A stretch of DNA of 64,000 nt. It comes from the human T2T-CHM13v2.0 reference genome, Homo sapiens. Shown here piece after piece: positions 44,236 through 63,241 of this stretch. Each line of letters begins with the position of its first letter. Position 1 is the first letter of the stretch. Made by a program: the position numbers and the translations under genes. The notes beneath the pieces are model-generated. The model saw nothing but the letters and a program-made list of their open reading frames with translations. It was not told where the DNA came from and made no database searches. The DNA is taken from NCBI RefSeq assembly GCF_009914755.1, contig NC_060929.1, one strand, 5' to 3'.

Positions 44236-46999
44236 TCATTTGTTTCTCTGGCACATTAACATTCTCAACTAAGGTCAGTTGACTGGTTAGAACTACAGGT
44301 CTGATTTTCTTCGAGAGAACCCTCAAGATTTCTGATTTTACTTTCTTCCAAAGGAAATGTGTATTTTTTCTTCAAGTAATGATATTCAGGGGTATATTCC
44401 CCCTAAGTAATAGGTTAGCAAATTCTGTGAGCTTCAGGACTGAAGACTAATTCTTTTGCAATGCTGAGGTGGGCCTTCCAGCCCCAGACCTGGCCACACC
44501 CATCATAAAGATTTTTACTGATGTAATTAATAATTTGTATATGTATGAATTCTTTGGATTATTTCTGCTTTCTCAAGGGATATGTCACATTTATTTCCTC
44601 ATACTCCCAGACCTGGCATAGAATAGTTAGTCGGTAAACATTTCTTGTGTTAAATTGTTGACTTTTCTTCACTTTTTATGGAACTTAATCTTCTGGCTCA
44701 AATCATACTGGCTTAATCATACTGTTCCATACTATACGTGTAGAGTAGATAAAGGCAGAAGGCAGGGCCTATTTATGCTTTTGAAACAAATGTAGTGAGC
44801 ATGAATTTGTTTCACAATCCACAGGTACATGAAATAACACATTTCTTTACCTTTTACATATCTAATTCCAACTGAAGGAGCCTCTCCCATTCGAGTTGAC
44901 AGAAAACCCAATCTCAGTCATTCTCTGGCCACCATCTACCCCACCCACCAACATAAGAAGGCTGAGGCTTGTGAAATCTATTTATGGAAGGGCCGCTGGT
45001 GTGTCCCACAATCTTTAATCACAGAACCTTGAAATACATTGTCCACCCCAACCTGATTTATTCCATGGTGGGTGACGCTGTTGCTCACTGAATAACAGAC
45101 TCCACTGGAGTCTTTGCTCTGCGTCTCAAAGTCACTGTATTTATCTACAGGTACCACATTCAGGGATCTTAGCACTCCAACATCCTCCATGATTCAACTT
45201 CTCCCCTTCAACTTTCTAGTCCTCCCTAAACATCAATCCAGTGAAGTAGCTCCAGAAGCACAGATCTAGGTAACAAAAGCATCTCCTGGCACAAGGGACA
45301 CTCAGACTTCTGCACAAAACCATCTAGCTACCCTTCAGTTGATGTGGATGGAGAATAAAAACAGAAAAAAAAAAGAGAAAATATATTTATTTTTTCATCA
45401 TTTCATGCCACCACAGATTAAGCTGTTTTCACCAGTTACCACATTCATGCTTAAACATTTGGTAAATACAACTATGAAATTATTTTATAATAGAAAAAAA
45501 TGTAGGAAGGTTTTTTTTTTCTTTTGTAAGGAATTGGAGACAATTAATGAGGAAGATGTGTGGCCAGGAAAATTATATTTCAGCAGTATGAAAGGTTGGT
45601 CTGCTTCTCCCACTCCACAATTCTCAAAACAATGTAAACTATCATCTTTTTTTAGATGGGAAAAAGTCATGTTCACAATAAGCCGACTTCATTTCCTCCT
45701 GTTTCAGCGTCTGCTTTCTTGACCTGTCCTCCAATTCTGCATATTTGAACCAGATTGATTGAGGGACACTGGGATGATTTTGAAAGTCCTCCTGCATGTC
45801 ATCTCACAATTTCTCAGATAAATTACTCAGGAAGTTAGACTTGAAAGAAAACTCTGATTGTTTCAAAAAGCCTTTCACCTTTGTGTATAAATTCTTGAAC
45901 CTGCCAGTTGCTCTGTTGCCATCTCCAAATGACCATAACTCATTCATAATCTAAAAGTTTATATAACTTGAGGATTTTTCTAGGATAAACTACATAAAGC
46001 ACATTCTTAACTTCTAAAAATTGATGAGTGTTTTATGCTGTGTTTACTTTTTCCATGGGAGCGAGAAAGAAATCTAGCATGTCTGACACTTTTAAGAGTT
46101 GTGCTTGTTCCGTGTTCTGAATCCAATTCAAATGTCGAAAGTTCAAGAGAAAATGCTTAAAAGGAAGTGATTAGGAATGTCTATTTATACCACAGATAAT
46201 TAGATTTATAGTACATGTGATATATAATAAATATCTCATGTATAACTGCTAGAATGTAATTACTTAGTAAATTTTCAAATAGGCATCATTTTCAATCTTA
46301 GCTATTTTAAGTCTATCACTATTTATTAAAAGATGGGAAATGAGTTGTGAGATATATTTTCTTCATTTTTTACTATACTACCCTTTTATAAGCAGAATGC
46401 CATCTCTTTGTTTATTGTCTTCAGGGACGGGTAAATTGAAGCAAAAAGCAGACAAGTTCTATGGGATTTGCTGGCATTGATTTCCCAGGATGGCAAAGTG
46501 CTAAGAACTAAACCTTTAAAGCTAACAAAATGTACTGATGTCTTTGCAAAGTATCCAAGACCAACAAGAAAGTAATTTCCCACCTCACCCTACCACCACC
46601 CAGAAAAGGAGCACAGAGATGGGGAAGAGAGTGGCTGCATCTGGCATCCAGCCAGAGGAGTCCGTGCAGGGATTCTGGATCCCTCTTCCCCCACCCCACT
46701 GCCCTTCCCCCTCCACCCCAGCGTTTTGGAGAAGCAAGAAACTGTGATGATGCAGCTCCCTCAAGTATCACATGAAGATAGTGGAAAGAGCCTCCTGAGG
46801 TAAATATGCCATGTAGACAGAAACAAGCAATGGCTCAACAGCAATGTATGAGGTCCAAGGACCAGGACCAAAGGGAAAAACAGCCATCTCACCAGACACC
46901 TGCCTACGACCAGATGCGTCATCTCCAATATTAGCTAACTCCCTGGAACCTGGACTCAAGGTGTGAAATAAAGGTTAATGGGAAACCGCAGGAGTCAAA

Positions 47000-47520
47000 A
47001 GGAGGGGGCAGGATTATTGAGGATTCAGGCTGTTGAGAAATGAAAGTTTGGATCACTCCCCAGATAAAGAACCTTGACCATTTAAGGGCAATGGAAATAC
47101 AGAATAGGCAGTAGAAGAAGGAAGCCATAGATACCAACTATGGCCTCTCAATCAATTACAAAACTGAGAATTCTGACAGTTTTGTGTATTTCCTCTTTGC
47201 ATGTGATGTATATGTGTGTATTTGTATATATTAACCATTTTCCTTTTTCTCTCTTCATTATTTTATGAAAGTTGTTGAATATAAACTCTACAATTTAGCC
47301 TTTAGGTAAGAGAATATTCAGTGGGACTTTGATTTGAGGAGTATTTAAGACAGCCAGATGAGACTACGATAACTGTTGGAACTGTGTGTCTCCTCATTTG
47401 GGGAAAGGGGTGAGAACTCTGCATTTCTCTGAAGAACAGAGTTGACTTTGTGTTATACAGAGTTCAGATATATATATAAAATGGTGCATGTGGAAGCTAA
47501 GAAGCCAAAGGAGTTCACCA
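47000..47520 (+). mobile_element. ERVL internal 3' end remnant
   Basis: 'aatgaaagtttggatcactcccc...gcagtagaagaaggaagccatagataccaactatggcc' resembles the ERVL pol 3' end; ends in 'agccaaaggag' purine tract before an LTR. Confidence 0.6.
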
Positions 47521-48580
<1,060 letters not shown>

Positions 48581-48604
48581 CTCCTTCAGAAAAGAATCCC
48601 TTTC

Positions 48605-51230
48605 ACCCTGCCCTTCATGATGAACACTCTCAACAAATTAGGTATAGCAGGAACATACCTTGACATAATAAAGGCCATATATGACGAGCCCACAGCTAAC
48701 ATCATACTGAATGGGGAATAACTGAAAGCCTTTCCTCTAAGAACTAGAATAAGACAAGGACACCTACTCTAAGCACTCTTATTCGGCATTATACTGGAAG
48801 TCCTAGCCAGACTTTCTCTTTCCGGAAAGAGAAAGAAATGAAAGGCATCCAAACTGGAAAACAGGATGCCAGCCAGTTGTGGTGGCTCAAGCCTGTAATC
48901 CCAGCACTTCGGGAGGCTGAGGTGGGCAGATTGCTTGAACCCAGGAGTTCAAATCCAGACTAGACAACATGATGAAACCCTGTCTCTATGAAAAATACAA
49001 AAATTAGCCAGGTGTGGTGGCACACACCTGTAGTCCCAACTACTCAGGAGGCTGAGGTGGGAGGATCACTTGAGCCTGGGAAATAGAGGATGCAGTGAGT
49101 CAAGATCACACCAGAGCACTCCAGCCTGGATGACAGAGAGAGATTCCAATTCAAAAAAAAAAAAAAGGAAGAAGCCAAATTGTCTCTACTTCAGATGACA
49201 TGATTTTACAAATTCAGTAATGTTACAAGACACAAAATCAATATAAAAAATCGGTTGTGTTTTTATACACCAATAACCAACTATCTGAAAAAGAAACCAA
49301 GAAAGCAACCTCATTTATAACTTCAAAAAAGTCTCAGGGATAAATTTAGCCAAGGAGGTGAAAGATTTCTATGAAAGCCAAAACAAAACAAAACAAAAAA
49401 CACTACACCCTGATGAACAAAATTGAAGAGGATACCAAAAATAGAAAGACATATTATGCTCATGAATTGGAACAATTAATATTGTTAAAAATGACTATAC
49501 TACCCAAGGTAAGCTATAGATTTAATGCAATTCCTATCAAGATACTAATGACATTCTTTGAATCAATAGAAAAAACAATCCTAGAATTCACATAGAACCA
49601 TAGAAGAGCCCAAATAGCAGCAATACTCAGCAAAAAGAACAAAGCTGAAGGCAATCACACTAACACATTTCAGAATATACTACAAAGCTATAGCAACCAA
49701 AACACTATGCTATTGGTATAAAAACAGATACACAGACCAGTGGAACAGAACAGAGAATCCAGAAATAAATTCACATATTTACAGCCAGCCAATTTTTGAC
49801 AAAGTTGCCAGGAACATACACTGAGGAAAGGACATTCTTTTCAATAAATTGTGCTAAGAAAACTGGATATTCACATGCAGAAGAATGAAACTAGACCTCT
49901 ATCTCTCACAATGTATAAAAATCAATTCAAAATGGATTAAAGACTTAAATACAAGACCTGAAACTATAAAACTACTAAAAGAAAACATAGAGGAAATGCT
50001 TCAAGATATTGATCTAGGCAAAGATTTTATGGCTAAGATCTCAAAAGCAGGGGCAACCAAAACAAAAATAGACAAATGGAACGACATTAAACTAAAAAGC
50101 TTCTGCGCAGGAAAGGAAACAATCAACAGAGTGAAGAGATAACATGAACAATGGAGAAAAAATTGCTAACTATTCATCCAACAAGGGACTAATATCCAGA
50201 ATATACATAGAACTCAAAACAATTCGACAGCAAAGAATCAAATAATCTCACTAAAAAGTGAGCAAAGGACATGAATAGACATTTCTAAAAAGACAAATGG
50301 CTAACAGGTTTAGGAAAAACTGCTCAACATCACGGATCATCAGGAAAATACAGATCAAAACCACAATGAGATACCATCTCACCCCAGTTAGAATGGTTAT
50401 TATCAAAGTCAAAAAATAACACATGCTGGTGATTATGTGGAGAAAAGGGAACTCTTTAAGCATTGTTGGGAATGTAGATTAGTACAACGACTATGGAAAA
50501 CAGTATGAAAGTGTCTTTAAAAACTAAAAATAGAACTACCATCTGACCCAGCAATCCCACTACTGTCTCTCTGTCCAAAGGAAAGGAAATCAATAAATCA
50601 AAGGGACAACTGTACCCCCATATTTATTGCTGCTCTATTCACAACAGCCAAGGTATGAAATCAACCTAAGTGTCCATCAACAGATGAATGAATAAAGAAA
50701 ATATGGTATATATACACAACAAAATACTATTCAGCCATTAAAAATGAAATCTCATCATATGCGGCAACAGGGATGGAATTGCAAGTCATTATGTTTAGTG
50801 AAATAAACCAGGCACAGAAAAACAAGTATCACATGTTCCCACTCATATGTGGGAGCTAAAAAGTTGACCTCATGGAGGTAGGGAATAGAATGATAGATAC
50901 CAGAGGCTGGGAAAGGGCTGGGGGGATGAGGACAGATTGGTTAATGGGTACAAACATACAGTTATGTGGAAGAAATAAGTTCTAGTGTTTAATAGCACAA
51001 TAGAGTGTCTATAGTTAACAAAAAATATATTGCATATTTCAAAATAGCTGAAAGAGAAGTTCTGAAATGTTCCAAACACAAAGAAATAAATGCTTGAGGT
51101 AATGGATTTTCTAAATATGCTGATTTGATCATTATATACTGTATGCATGTATCAAACTATCACATGTACCTGATACATAGCAATATTATGTATTAATAAA
51201 AATTAATAAATAATAAGTAATAAACTTTAA
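48605..51230 (+). mobile_element. 5'-truncated L1MA (L1MA3/4-like) with Alu insertion
   Basis: ORF track 49371..49595 and 49885..50142 are ORF2p-like; L1MA-type 3' UTR ending ...tatgtattaataaaa. Confidence 0.9.
48871..49167 (+). mobile_element. Alu SINE (AluJ-like)
   Basis: Full dimer; 'gggaggatcacttgagcctggg'; poly(A) tail. Confidence 0.92.
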
Positions 51231-51384
51231 AAATAATGTCCTTTAGAAAAGTTCTAATTTTTTCCACAAAAATTGATAGTGTTAAAAAATTATAGCACCT
51301 CAAAAAAGACCTTTCACAAAATAGATGCTCAAAAAATTCATTGAATTTTTGCCAAATAATTATAATTGTAAAATTTTCCTTTTT

Positions 51385-52060
51385 ACAAGGCTGTGAAGAA
51401 ATTGGAATCCTCATGCCATACTTACTGGTGAGATTGTAAGATGATGCAGTCACTTTGCAAACAGTCTGGGAATTCCTCAAAATATTAAACATAGAGTCAC
51501 CCTATGACCCAGTAATTCTATTTCTAGATATGTACCCAAAAGAAATGGAAACATAATGCCACACTAAAACTTGTTCACAAATGTTCATGGCAGCATTGTT
51601 CATAGTAGCCAAAAAGTGAAAACCATCCAAATATTCATCAAGTGATGAATGGATAAATAAAGATGTGGAATACACATACAATGGAATATTACTCAGCTAT
51701 AAAAGGGAAAGACACTTACAAATGCTACATGATAAATGTGAAAGCATTATACTAAGTGAAAGAAGCCAGAGCCAGTCACAAAATACCACATATCGTATGA
51801 TGCCATTTATAGGAAATGTCTAGAATAGACAAGTCTATGAGGACAGAAAGTTGTTTAGTGGTTGCCTAGGACTGAGGGTACAGGGTGGCAAGAGGGAGCT
51901 GCCAGGAATGCAACATGCTAATGAATATGAAGTTTCTTTTGGGGTTCTAACATGTTCTAGAATTAGATGGTGGTGATGTTTGCACAACTCTGTGGTTATA
52001 CTAAATAAATGAACTGTACACTTTAAATATATCCAAATGTATGTAAATTATATCATAATG
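51385..52060 (+). mobile_element. L1MB 3' end (L1MB7/8-like)
   Basis: 'ttaaacatagagtcaccctatgacccag...agtggttgcctagg...ggtggtgatgtttgcacaactctgtg'. Confidence 0.8.
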
Positions 52061-53508
52061 TCTGGGTTTTATTAATTGCCTTTTAAATGTGGCTTTAGTT
52101 CTGTCTGTATACTTCATGAAATGTATCAAAGTAATGCTAAAATAAAACCAATAATTAAACCCAATGAATCACAAAATCTTTATTTTAAAAAGTTTACCTG
52201 GCATTTTCTGTTTCATTTTATTAGCTCTTAATACAAATTGTTTTGAGAACATCTGAAAGGATAGTGGATGGTTTTTCTCGGATGTCTTATAATAGACTGT
52301 TACATCAGACTGCCTGAAGGGTAGGCCTTGATGAATGCAATGTAATGTGCAATAATTCTAATTCAGTGTTAAAGACAAGCTCATGCCACATAATAAGCAG
52401 GAAAATGTGGTGGGAAATGCCAAGGGCTGTCCTGGTTCCATGTCTAGAAACAAGTGCTAGAGCTTTGGAAGGCGTCCTCACCTCTCTGGGCTTCTCTCAT
52501 CTATGAATGAGGCTGTTGAGGCAGAGGGTCTCAGAGCACCTTCGTGGCTCAAACATTCTGTGAGTGAGATTCTGTTATGTAGATGTTAATATTATCTTAT
52601 AAGTCATAAGAGGAAAGGTAAATATAGGTGAGTTCTAAGCAAATTTTGCAAATGGAAATAAATCTTTGCATTGAATACTGAAGTATGATGGCTTTGAAGG
52701 CCATCAATTATGCCGAGGAGAACAGTCTCTCAGTGGTCAGGAGTGCTACCATTTTTCAGGGAACAAGATAAATAGATATATATTTTTTTTACTATCGCCT
52801 TTAAAATCAAGACTTTTGAATGAGTTTATAAAATTATAATTACCGTTATTAACTATATTTACTGCCACTTTTCCTAAGAATAGTAACCATTCCTTTAAAA
52901 ATAAATAAATAAAAGTTTCTACAGTTATTCCTGCTTGAAAAAAAAAGCAGGCACTAAAAAAACACCCAGGCAATTTGGAAATAATTAAATCCTTTATATA
53001 GTTTTCTTTCATATTACTCATGTATTCTCTTTCTTTCTGAGGATGTTGCAAAGCATTTCACTTCTGGAAAAATGCAGAAAAATGCAACTCATTTTTCTTT
53101 CTCATGTTTCTCTTGGTGTGCAATAAAAGAGTCCTCACCAGAGTTTTCCATTATACCTCCAAATATATAAGCTAAATCTCATTCTAACTGCTACTTACAT
53201 TAGCTAATTTCACATTTAAATCATGTTGATGACCTCTTATCAAGGTTTTAAAAACTGCTTAAGCAATTTTTGTTTTCTTCAATGGATTGTATGCACTTAA
53301 GAATTTTTAAAACTTAATCTTAGTTCTTCAAATTTCATATTTATTTGACTAGGTATGTAAAATGATCAGGTACTCAGTGAATTAAAATCCTCTACCTGAA
53401 AAATAAAAAGGAAACTAGAGATTTAGCCTTTAAGAAATAGAAAAATTAATATAAAATGAATAAAATTATAAATATAATTATATATTCTTACAAATTAAGG
53501 TAAAATGG

Positions 53509-53792
53509 GGCTGGATGTGGTGGCTCATATCTGTAATTCCAGCACTTTGGGAAGCCAAGGGGGGCAGATCACTTGAGGTCAGGAGTTTGAGACCAGCCTG
53601 GTCAACATGGCAAAACCCATCTCTACTAAAAATACAAAAATTACCTGGACATGGTAGCGTGTGCCTGTAACCCCAGCTACTCAGGAGGCTGAGGCAGGGT
53701 AATTGCTTGAACCCGGGAGGTGGAGGTTGTGGTGAGCCAAGATTGTGCTACTGCACTCCAGCCTGGAAGACAGAGTAAGACTCTGTCTAAAA

Positions 53793-53839
<47 letters not shown>

Positions 53840-53842
53840 AAT
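53509..53842 (+). mobile_element. Alu SINE (AluSx/Sz-like) with (TAAA)n tail
   Basis: Full Alu; TSD taaggtaaaatg / taagataaaatg. Confidence 0.95.
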
Positions 53843-54763
53843 AAGATAAAATGAATATGAAGTACATACAGAATATTTGATACAGATATAGAATATTAGA
53901 TACTATTACATAAAGACACAGAATGATAGATACAAAATGGACATTTATTTAAAAATTTTAAAAGTGACAATAAAATGCAAACTTTTAAAAGGTGATAAAG
54001 ATGACAAACACTGCAAGATCTTTAGAAAAATAAAATATTGTGTTAATTAGCTGTCTGACACATTTTTAGAATACTTCATTTCTATAGGTTTAGCTGACTA
54101 CTCTTTGGTTGTCTTGTCACACGACAATGATTTTTTTCCAAAATATCTAATTAAGAAGTATCTCTTTTTTCTATTGTAAGTTCTGTTTGATTCTCAGTAA
54201 ATATTATGGAGTAATGATTTGGAAAAAAGTCATTAAACACTGTTGAATGAAATATGGCTCATAACAAAAGATGACAGTACTTACCAAAATAAATAATGTG
54301 GTAGAAATGCAGCTGTGTTGGCCCTCCTGCCCACCCCCCCGTTGACTGTGTGCAAATTAAGTTCTTCTTCACTGCCATGCACATCTTCTCACTCCTTTTT
54401 CACCCCCTGTTTGAAAGGACCCTGGTTCTCATAAACATCTTGATGTCTTCTGTCTTCATTTTTATTAACCATATTTTTTGGTTGTCTTGATTCTTTTTCC
54501 TATCTTCATGATTTTGAGCATCAGTTTTTAGTTTATATTGCCACACAGTAAGAGAGTTTTTGATATTTTGAAGCTTCTGCTAGCCTTCTTTCTTTCCATG
54601 TTTGTTTTTGGCTTTCCCTAGAGATACTTCTTTTGTATCTACAGTTTGTGGCATAGTGAATAATTCTTAAATATATAACATATTAGATATATATGTGTAT
54701 CTCATATATGTATCATAAATAACATAAGATATAATTAATATGAAATCAAAGCATACACAAGGA

Positions 54764-55335
54764 CAGGAGTTAGCAAACGCTTTTGTAAAGGATCAGATAG
54801 TAAATATTTTTGACATTGGGGGTCTTATATTACAGTCTTTTTTTTTTTCTTTTTTTTGGAGATAGGATCTCACTTTGTCACTCAGGCTGGAGTGCAGTGG
54901 CATGATCTCAGTTCACTGCAGCCTTACTTGACCTCCCAGGCTCAGGTCATCCTCCCACCTCAGCCTCCCCAGTAGCTGGGACTACAGGTTCACACCACCA
55001 CTCCCGGCTAATTTTTGTACTTTTTGTAGAAACAGGGTTTCACCATGTGGCCCAGGCTGGTCACTAACACCTGGGCTAAAGTAATCCACCCACTTGAGCC
55101 CAAGAGTTAGTGACCAGTTAGTGATCCACCTTGGCCTCCCAAAGTGCTGGGATTATGGTATGAGACATTGTGCCTGGCCACAGTCTTTTTTTCAACTACT
55201 CAACTCTGCTTTTCTAGAACAAAAGCAGTGATAAACAGTAAGTTAATAAATGGGTAGGACTGTGTTCAAATGTAATTTTTTACAAATAAAACAGTAGGCT
55301 GGATTTGGTTTCCAGGTCAGAATTTGCTAACCCTC
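54764..55335. mobile_element. MER58A hAT-Charlie element split by an Alu
   Basis: caggagttagcaaac...tttgctaaccct TIR-like ends; 'gtaaaggatcagatagtaaatattttt' and 'caactactcaactctgc'. Confidence 0.8.
54838..55179 (-). mobile_element. Alu SINE (AluJ-like) with internal inverted duplication
   Basis: poly(T), antisense Alu, TSD acagtctttttt; extra fold-back segment 55092-55117. Confidence 0.92.
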
Positions 55336-56851
55336 ACCCATGAGAAATGCAAATGCATTTAAAAGTGATACTTTACTGTGTTAAGCTACAGACTTACTCA
55401 TATTAATTACTCTTAGCTACTCTTGTAATAACTATTTTACTGCATATATTGACTTATTGGTGAATTTTATGAATCGGGTCACTTGAACACTTTCTTTGGT
55501 TGTTTTATCACATTGCTGGAAATAATGTTTGCCATTTCATCTGGAAACACAGGATTTTAGCAGGACACAGTGCCTCTGAAATGCTAAAACATAATCTGAT
55601 ATATAGGAAAGCATAAAACATATGACTTCACACATACATACACACACACACAGAAAGAGAGACGGAGATGTAGGCATATTGTTTCTATTATGACAGCATG
55701 TTTCAGCCCTACATGGAAATTCAGATATATTCTATTTTATACATGTTCCAGCAAAAAAGAAAAAAATGGTATAGTGAATTTGTAGCTCATATTAGGCATC
55801 ATCAAACATGTTGACGACAGGAAAGAATTTCAAATTTGAGTAGAAATCAATGAAAACAATTTTACAAGCTTGAAAATTGGAATTGCTTTCCCCCAGACTG
55901 ACTTCTGGCTATCTACATTTCAAACTTTGCTACACTGCAGGGTGCAGGACAGTGGGTGCAGTGCACCGAGTGTGAGCTGAAGCAGGGTGAGGCATCGCCT
56001 CACCTGCGAAGCACAAGGGGTCAGGGAATTCCCCTTCCTAGCCAAGCGAAGCTGTGACAGACGGCACCTGGAAAATCAGGTCACTCCGACTCTAATACTG
56101 CACTTTTCCAATGGTCTTAGCAAACGGCATATCAGGAGATTATATCCCGCGCCTGGCTCGGAGAGTCCCACGCCCACGGAGCCTCGCTCATTGCTAGCAC
56201 AGCAGTCTGAGATCGAACTGCAAGGCAGCAGCAAGGTTGGGGGAGGCGCGCCCCACCATTGCTGAGGCTTGAGTAGGTAAACAAAGTGGCTGGGAAGCTC
56301 GAACTGGGTGGAGCCCATCTCAGCTCAAGGAGGCCTGCCTGCGTCTATAGACTCCAACTCTGGGGGCAGGGCATAGCCAAACAAAAGGCAGCAGAAACCT
56401 CTGCAGACTTAAATGTCCCTGTCTGACAGCTTTGAAGAGAGTAGTGGTTCTCCCAGCAAGGAGTCTGAGATCTGAGAACGGACAGACTGCATCCTCAAGT
56501 GGGTCCCTGACACCCAAGTAGCCTAACTGGGAGGCACCCCCAAGTAGGGACAGACTGACACCTCACATGGCCAGGTACCCACCTGAGATGAGGCTTCCAG
56601 AGGAACTACCAGACAGCAATATTTGCTGTTCAGGAATATTCGCTGTTCAGCAATATTCGCTGTTCTGCAGCCTCTGCTGGTAATATCAGGCAAACAGGGT
56701 CCAGAGTGGACCTCCAGCAAACTCCAACAGACCTGCCGCTGAGGGTCCTCACTGTTAAAAGGAAAACTAACAAACAGAAAGGACATCCACAACAAAACCC
56801 CCATCTGTACGTAACCATCATCAAAGACCAAAGGTAAATAAAACCACAAAG

Positions 56852-57863
56852 ATGGGGAAAAAACAGAGCAGAAAAGCTGAAAATTCTAAAAATCACAGCA
56901 CCTCTCCCCCTGCAAAGGAATGCAGCTCCTCACCAGCAATAGAACAAAGCTGGATGGAGATTGACTTTGACAAGTTGAGAGAAGAAGGCTTCACATGATC
57001 AAACTTCTCCAAGCTAAAGAAGGAAGTTCGAACACATCGCAAAGAAGCTAAAAACCTTGAAAACAGATTAGACGAATGGCTAACTAGAATAACCAGTGTA
57101 GAAAAGTCCTTAAATGAACTGATGGAGCTGAAAACCATGGCATGAGAACTAAGTGATGCATCCACAAGCTTCAGTAGCCGATTCGATCAACTGGAAGAAA
57201 GGGTATCAGTAATGGAAGATGAAATGAATGAAATGAATTGAGAAGTTTAGAGAAAAAAGAGTAAAAGGAAATGAACAAAGCCTCCAAGAAATATGAGACT
57301 ATGTGAAAAGACCAAATCTACGTCTCATTGGTGTACCTGAAAGTGACGGGGAGAATGGAACCAAGTTGGAAAGCACTCTGCAGAATATTATCCAGGAGAA
57401 CTTCCCCAATCTAGCAAGGCAGGCCAACATTCAAATTCAGGAAATACAGAGAATGCCACAAAGATACTCCTCGAGAAGAGCAACTCCAAGACACATAGTT
57501 GTCAGATTCACCAAAGTTGAAATGAAGGAAAAAATGTTAAGGGTAGCCAGAGACAAACATCGGGTTACCCACAAAGGGAAGCCCATCAGACTAATAGCGG
57601 ATATCTCTGCAGAAACTCTACAACCCAGAAGAGAGTGGGGGCCAATATTGAACATTCTTAAAGAAAAGGATTTTCAACCCAGAATTTCATATCCAGCCAA
57701 ACTAAGCTTCATAAGTGAAGGAGAAATAAAATACTTTACATATAAGCAAATGCTGAGAGATTTTGTCACCACCAGTCCTGCCCTAAAAGAGCTCCTGAAG
57801 GAAGCACTAAACATGGAAAGGAACAACCGGTACCAGCCACTGCAAAAACATGCCAAATTGTAA
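56852..57863 (+). pseudogene. L1 ORF1p remnant (disrupted)
   Basis: ORF 57303..57863 KRPNLRLIGVPE...YPAKLSF...QKHAKL; upstream in-frame stops. Confidence 0.92.
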
Positions 57864-57926
57864 AGACCATCAAGGCTAGGAAGAAACTGCATCAACTAAC
57901 GAGCAAAATAACCAGGTGACATCATA

Positions 57927-61762
<3,836 letters not shown>

Positions 61763-62019
61763 ACAATGAGAACACATGGACACAGGAAGGGGAACATCAC
61801 ACACCAGGGAGTGTTGTGGCGTAGGGGGAGAGAGGAGGGATAGCATTAGGAGATATACCTAATGCTAAATGACGAGTTAATGGGTGCAGCACACCATCAT
61901 GGCACATGTATACATATGTAACAAACCTGCACATTGTGCACATGTACCCTAAAACTTAAAGTATAATAATAAAAAATAAATAAATAAAATAAAATAGGAA
62001 ATCTGCGGCTTAGAGACAT

Positions 62020-62400
62020 CAAATAATCCCCATATGTTTACAATTTAAGAAATATATTTCTATATAATCCATAGGCTCAAGAAATCATAATAAAATTAGA
62101 ATATATATTTCAAACTGATTTATAATAAAAACACAGCACATCAAAATTTGTTGGAGGCTACTAAAGCTGTGCTAAGGGGAAAATGTATAGCCTTATCATA
62201 TATATATTATATATATATTAGAATAGACACAATTTTGATAATCAATGATCTAAGCATTTATCTCACAAGCTTCAAAGAAAACTAGCAAATTAAAGTCAAA
62301 GAAAACAGAATGAATGAAATAATGCAAATAAATAAAAAACAAATATACATACGTAGATCAACAAAGCCTAAGGCTGGTTCTTTGCAGAAAATAAACAATT
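62020..62400 (+). mobile_element. Old L1M ORF2 fragment
   Basis: 'catcaaaatttgttggaggctactaaagctgtgctaaggggaaaatgtatagcc'. Confidence 0.75.
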
Positions 62401-63055
62401 TGCCTAAATGACAGAGCTGAGACGCCAGTTCAAAGAGCTGTTTGACTCTCTAGGCTAAGCTCTGAAGCCTTAAAGAGCTGCTTATAACCTCCATCTGGTC
62501 CTCAGGTCACTGAGTGTATGATCTTAATAAAAGCAAATCTGAGCATTTTATAGAAGGCAGGACCCAAAATATAAGCAAAGCCTGCTTTCACAAATGGATT
62601 TCAACACTGAAATCATTCGTATTATTGCAACATATTTGCAAAGCTTTTTTTGAAGCCCACATCTTTTCTATTTTAAAATAACTTTCCCTTAGATTATAGG
62701 GGGAAAATCTGAAAAAATAGCTGCTTGCTGCTTGTGTAAAATAAGATTTCATTTTTATATTAAACAAGAAACTATTAGATTGATATTATATACAAAAAGG
62801 AAGAGGATCTACAGGATCATTAAAATTACTTGGAAAACAAAAATACTGTCTTATAGTTACTATGAACATCCTAGGTGGCAAGAGTTATATATACTTACCT
62901 AAAATATTCCCCAAAGCCCTTATGTAATACTATGCTCTCTGTGATATTGAACAAATAGTAATTCAATCACTCACTGCACTGGTTTTTCCATTTTCTTTAG
63001 GATGTTTACTTCACTATTTGAGCTGTAGATCGCAGGTCAGCTCTTAATCCAAGGC

Positions 63056-63241
63056 AGTTCTTAATCTCAAAATATAGTCTCAAAACCAGCAACATCAGCA
63101 TCACCTGGGAACTGGTTAGACATGCACATTCTCAGGCTTCACCCCAGACTTGACTCTGACACCCTGGAGGTGGATCCCAGCAATGTGTGTCTTAACGAGC
63201 AATTCCAGGTGATCCTCCAGTGCTGAAGCTTGAGAACCTCT
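63056..63241. mobile_element. MER5A hAT-Charlie element
   Basis: 'accagcaacatcagcatcacctgggaactggttagacatgcacattctcagg...ttgagaacc'. Confidence 0.8.

Larger units (their letters stand above)
53390..55935. mobile_element. Fragmented old hAT-Tip100 (Zaphod/MER115-like) remnant hosting two Alus and a MER58
   Basis: 'ttaattagctgtctgacacat...ctactctttggttgtcttgtcacacgacaatgatttt' and 'ttcccccagactgacttctggctatctacatttcaaact' resemble recalled Zaphod-group consensus. Confidence 0.45.

Noticed and set aside
44978-45190. 70-aa minus-strand ORF in unique DNA (MEDVGVLRSL...)
   Set aside because: No recognisable homology or exon structure; length is within chance expectation.
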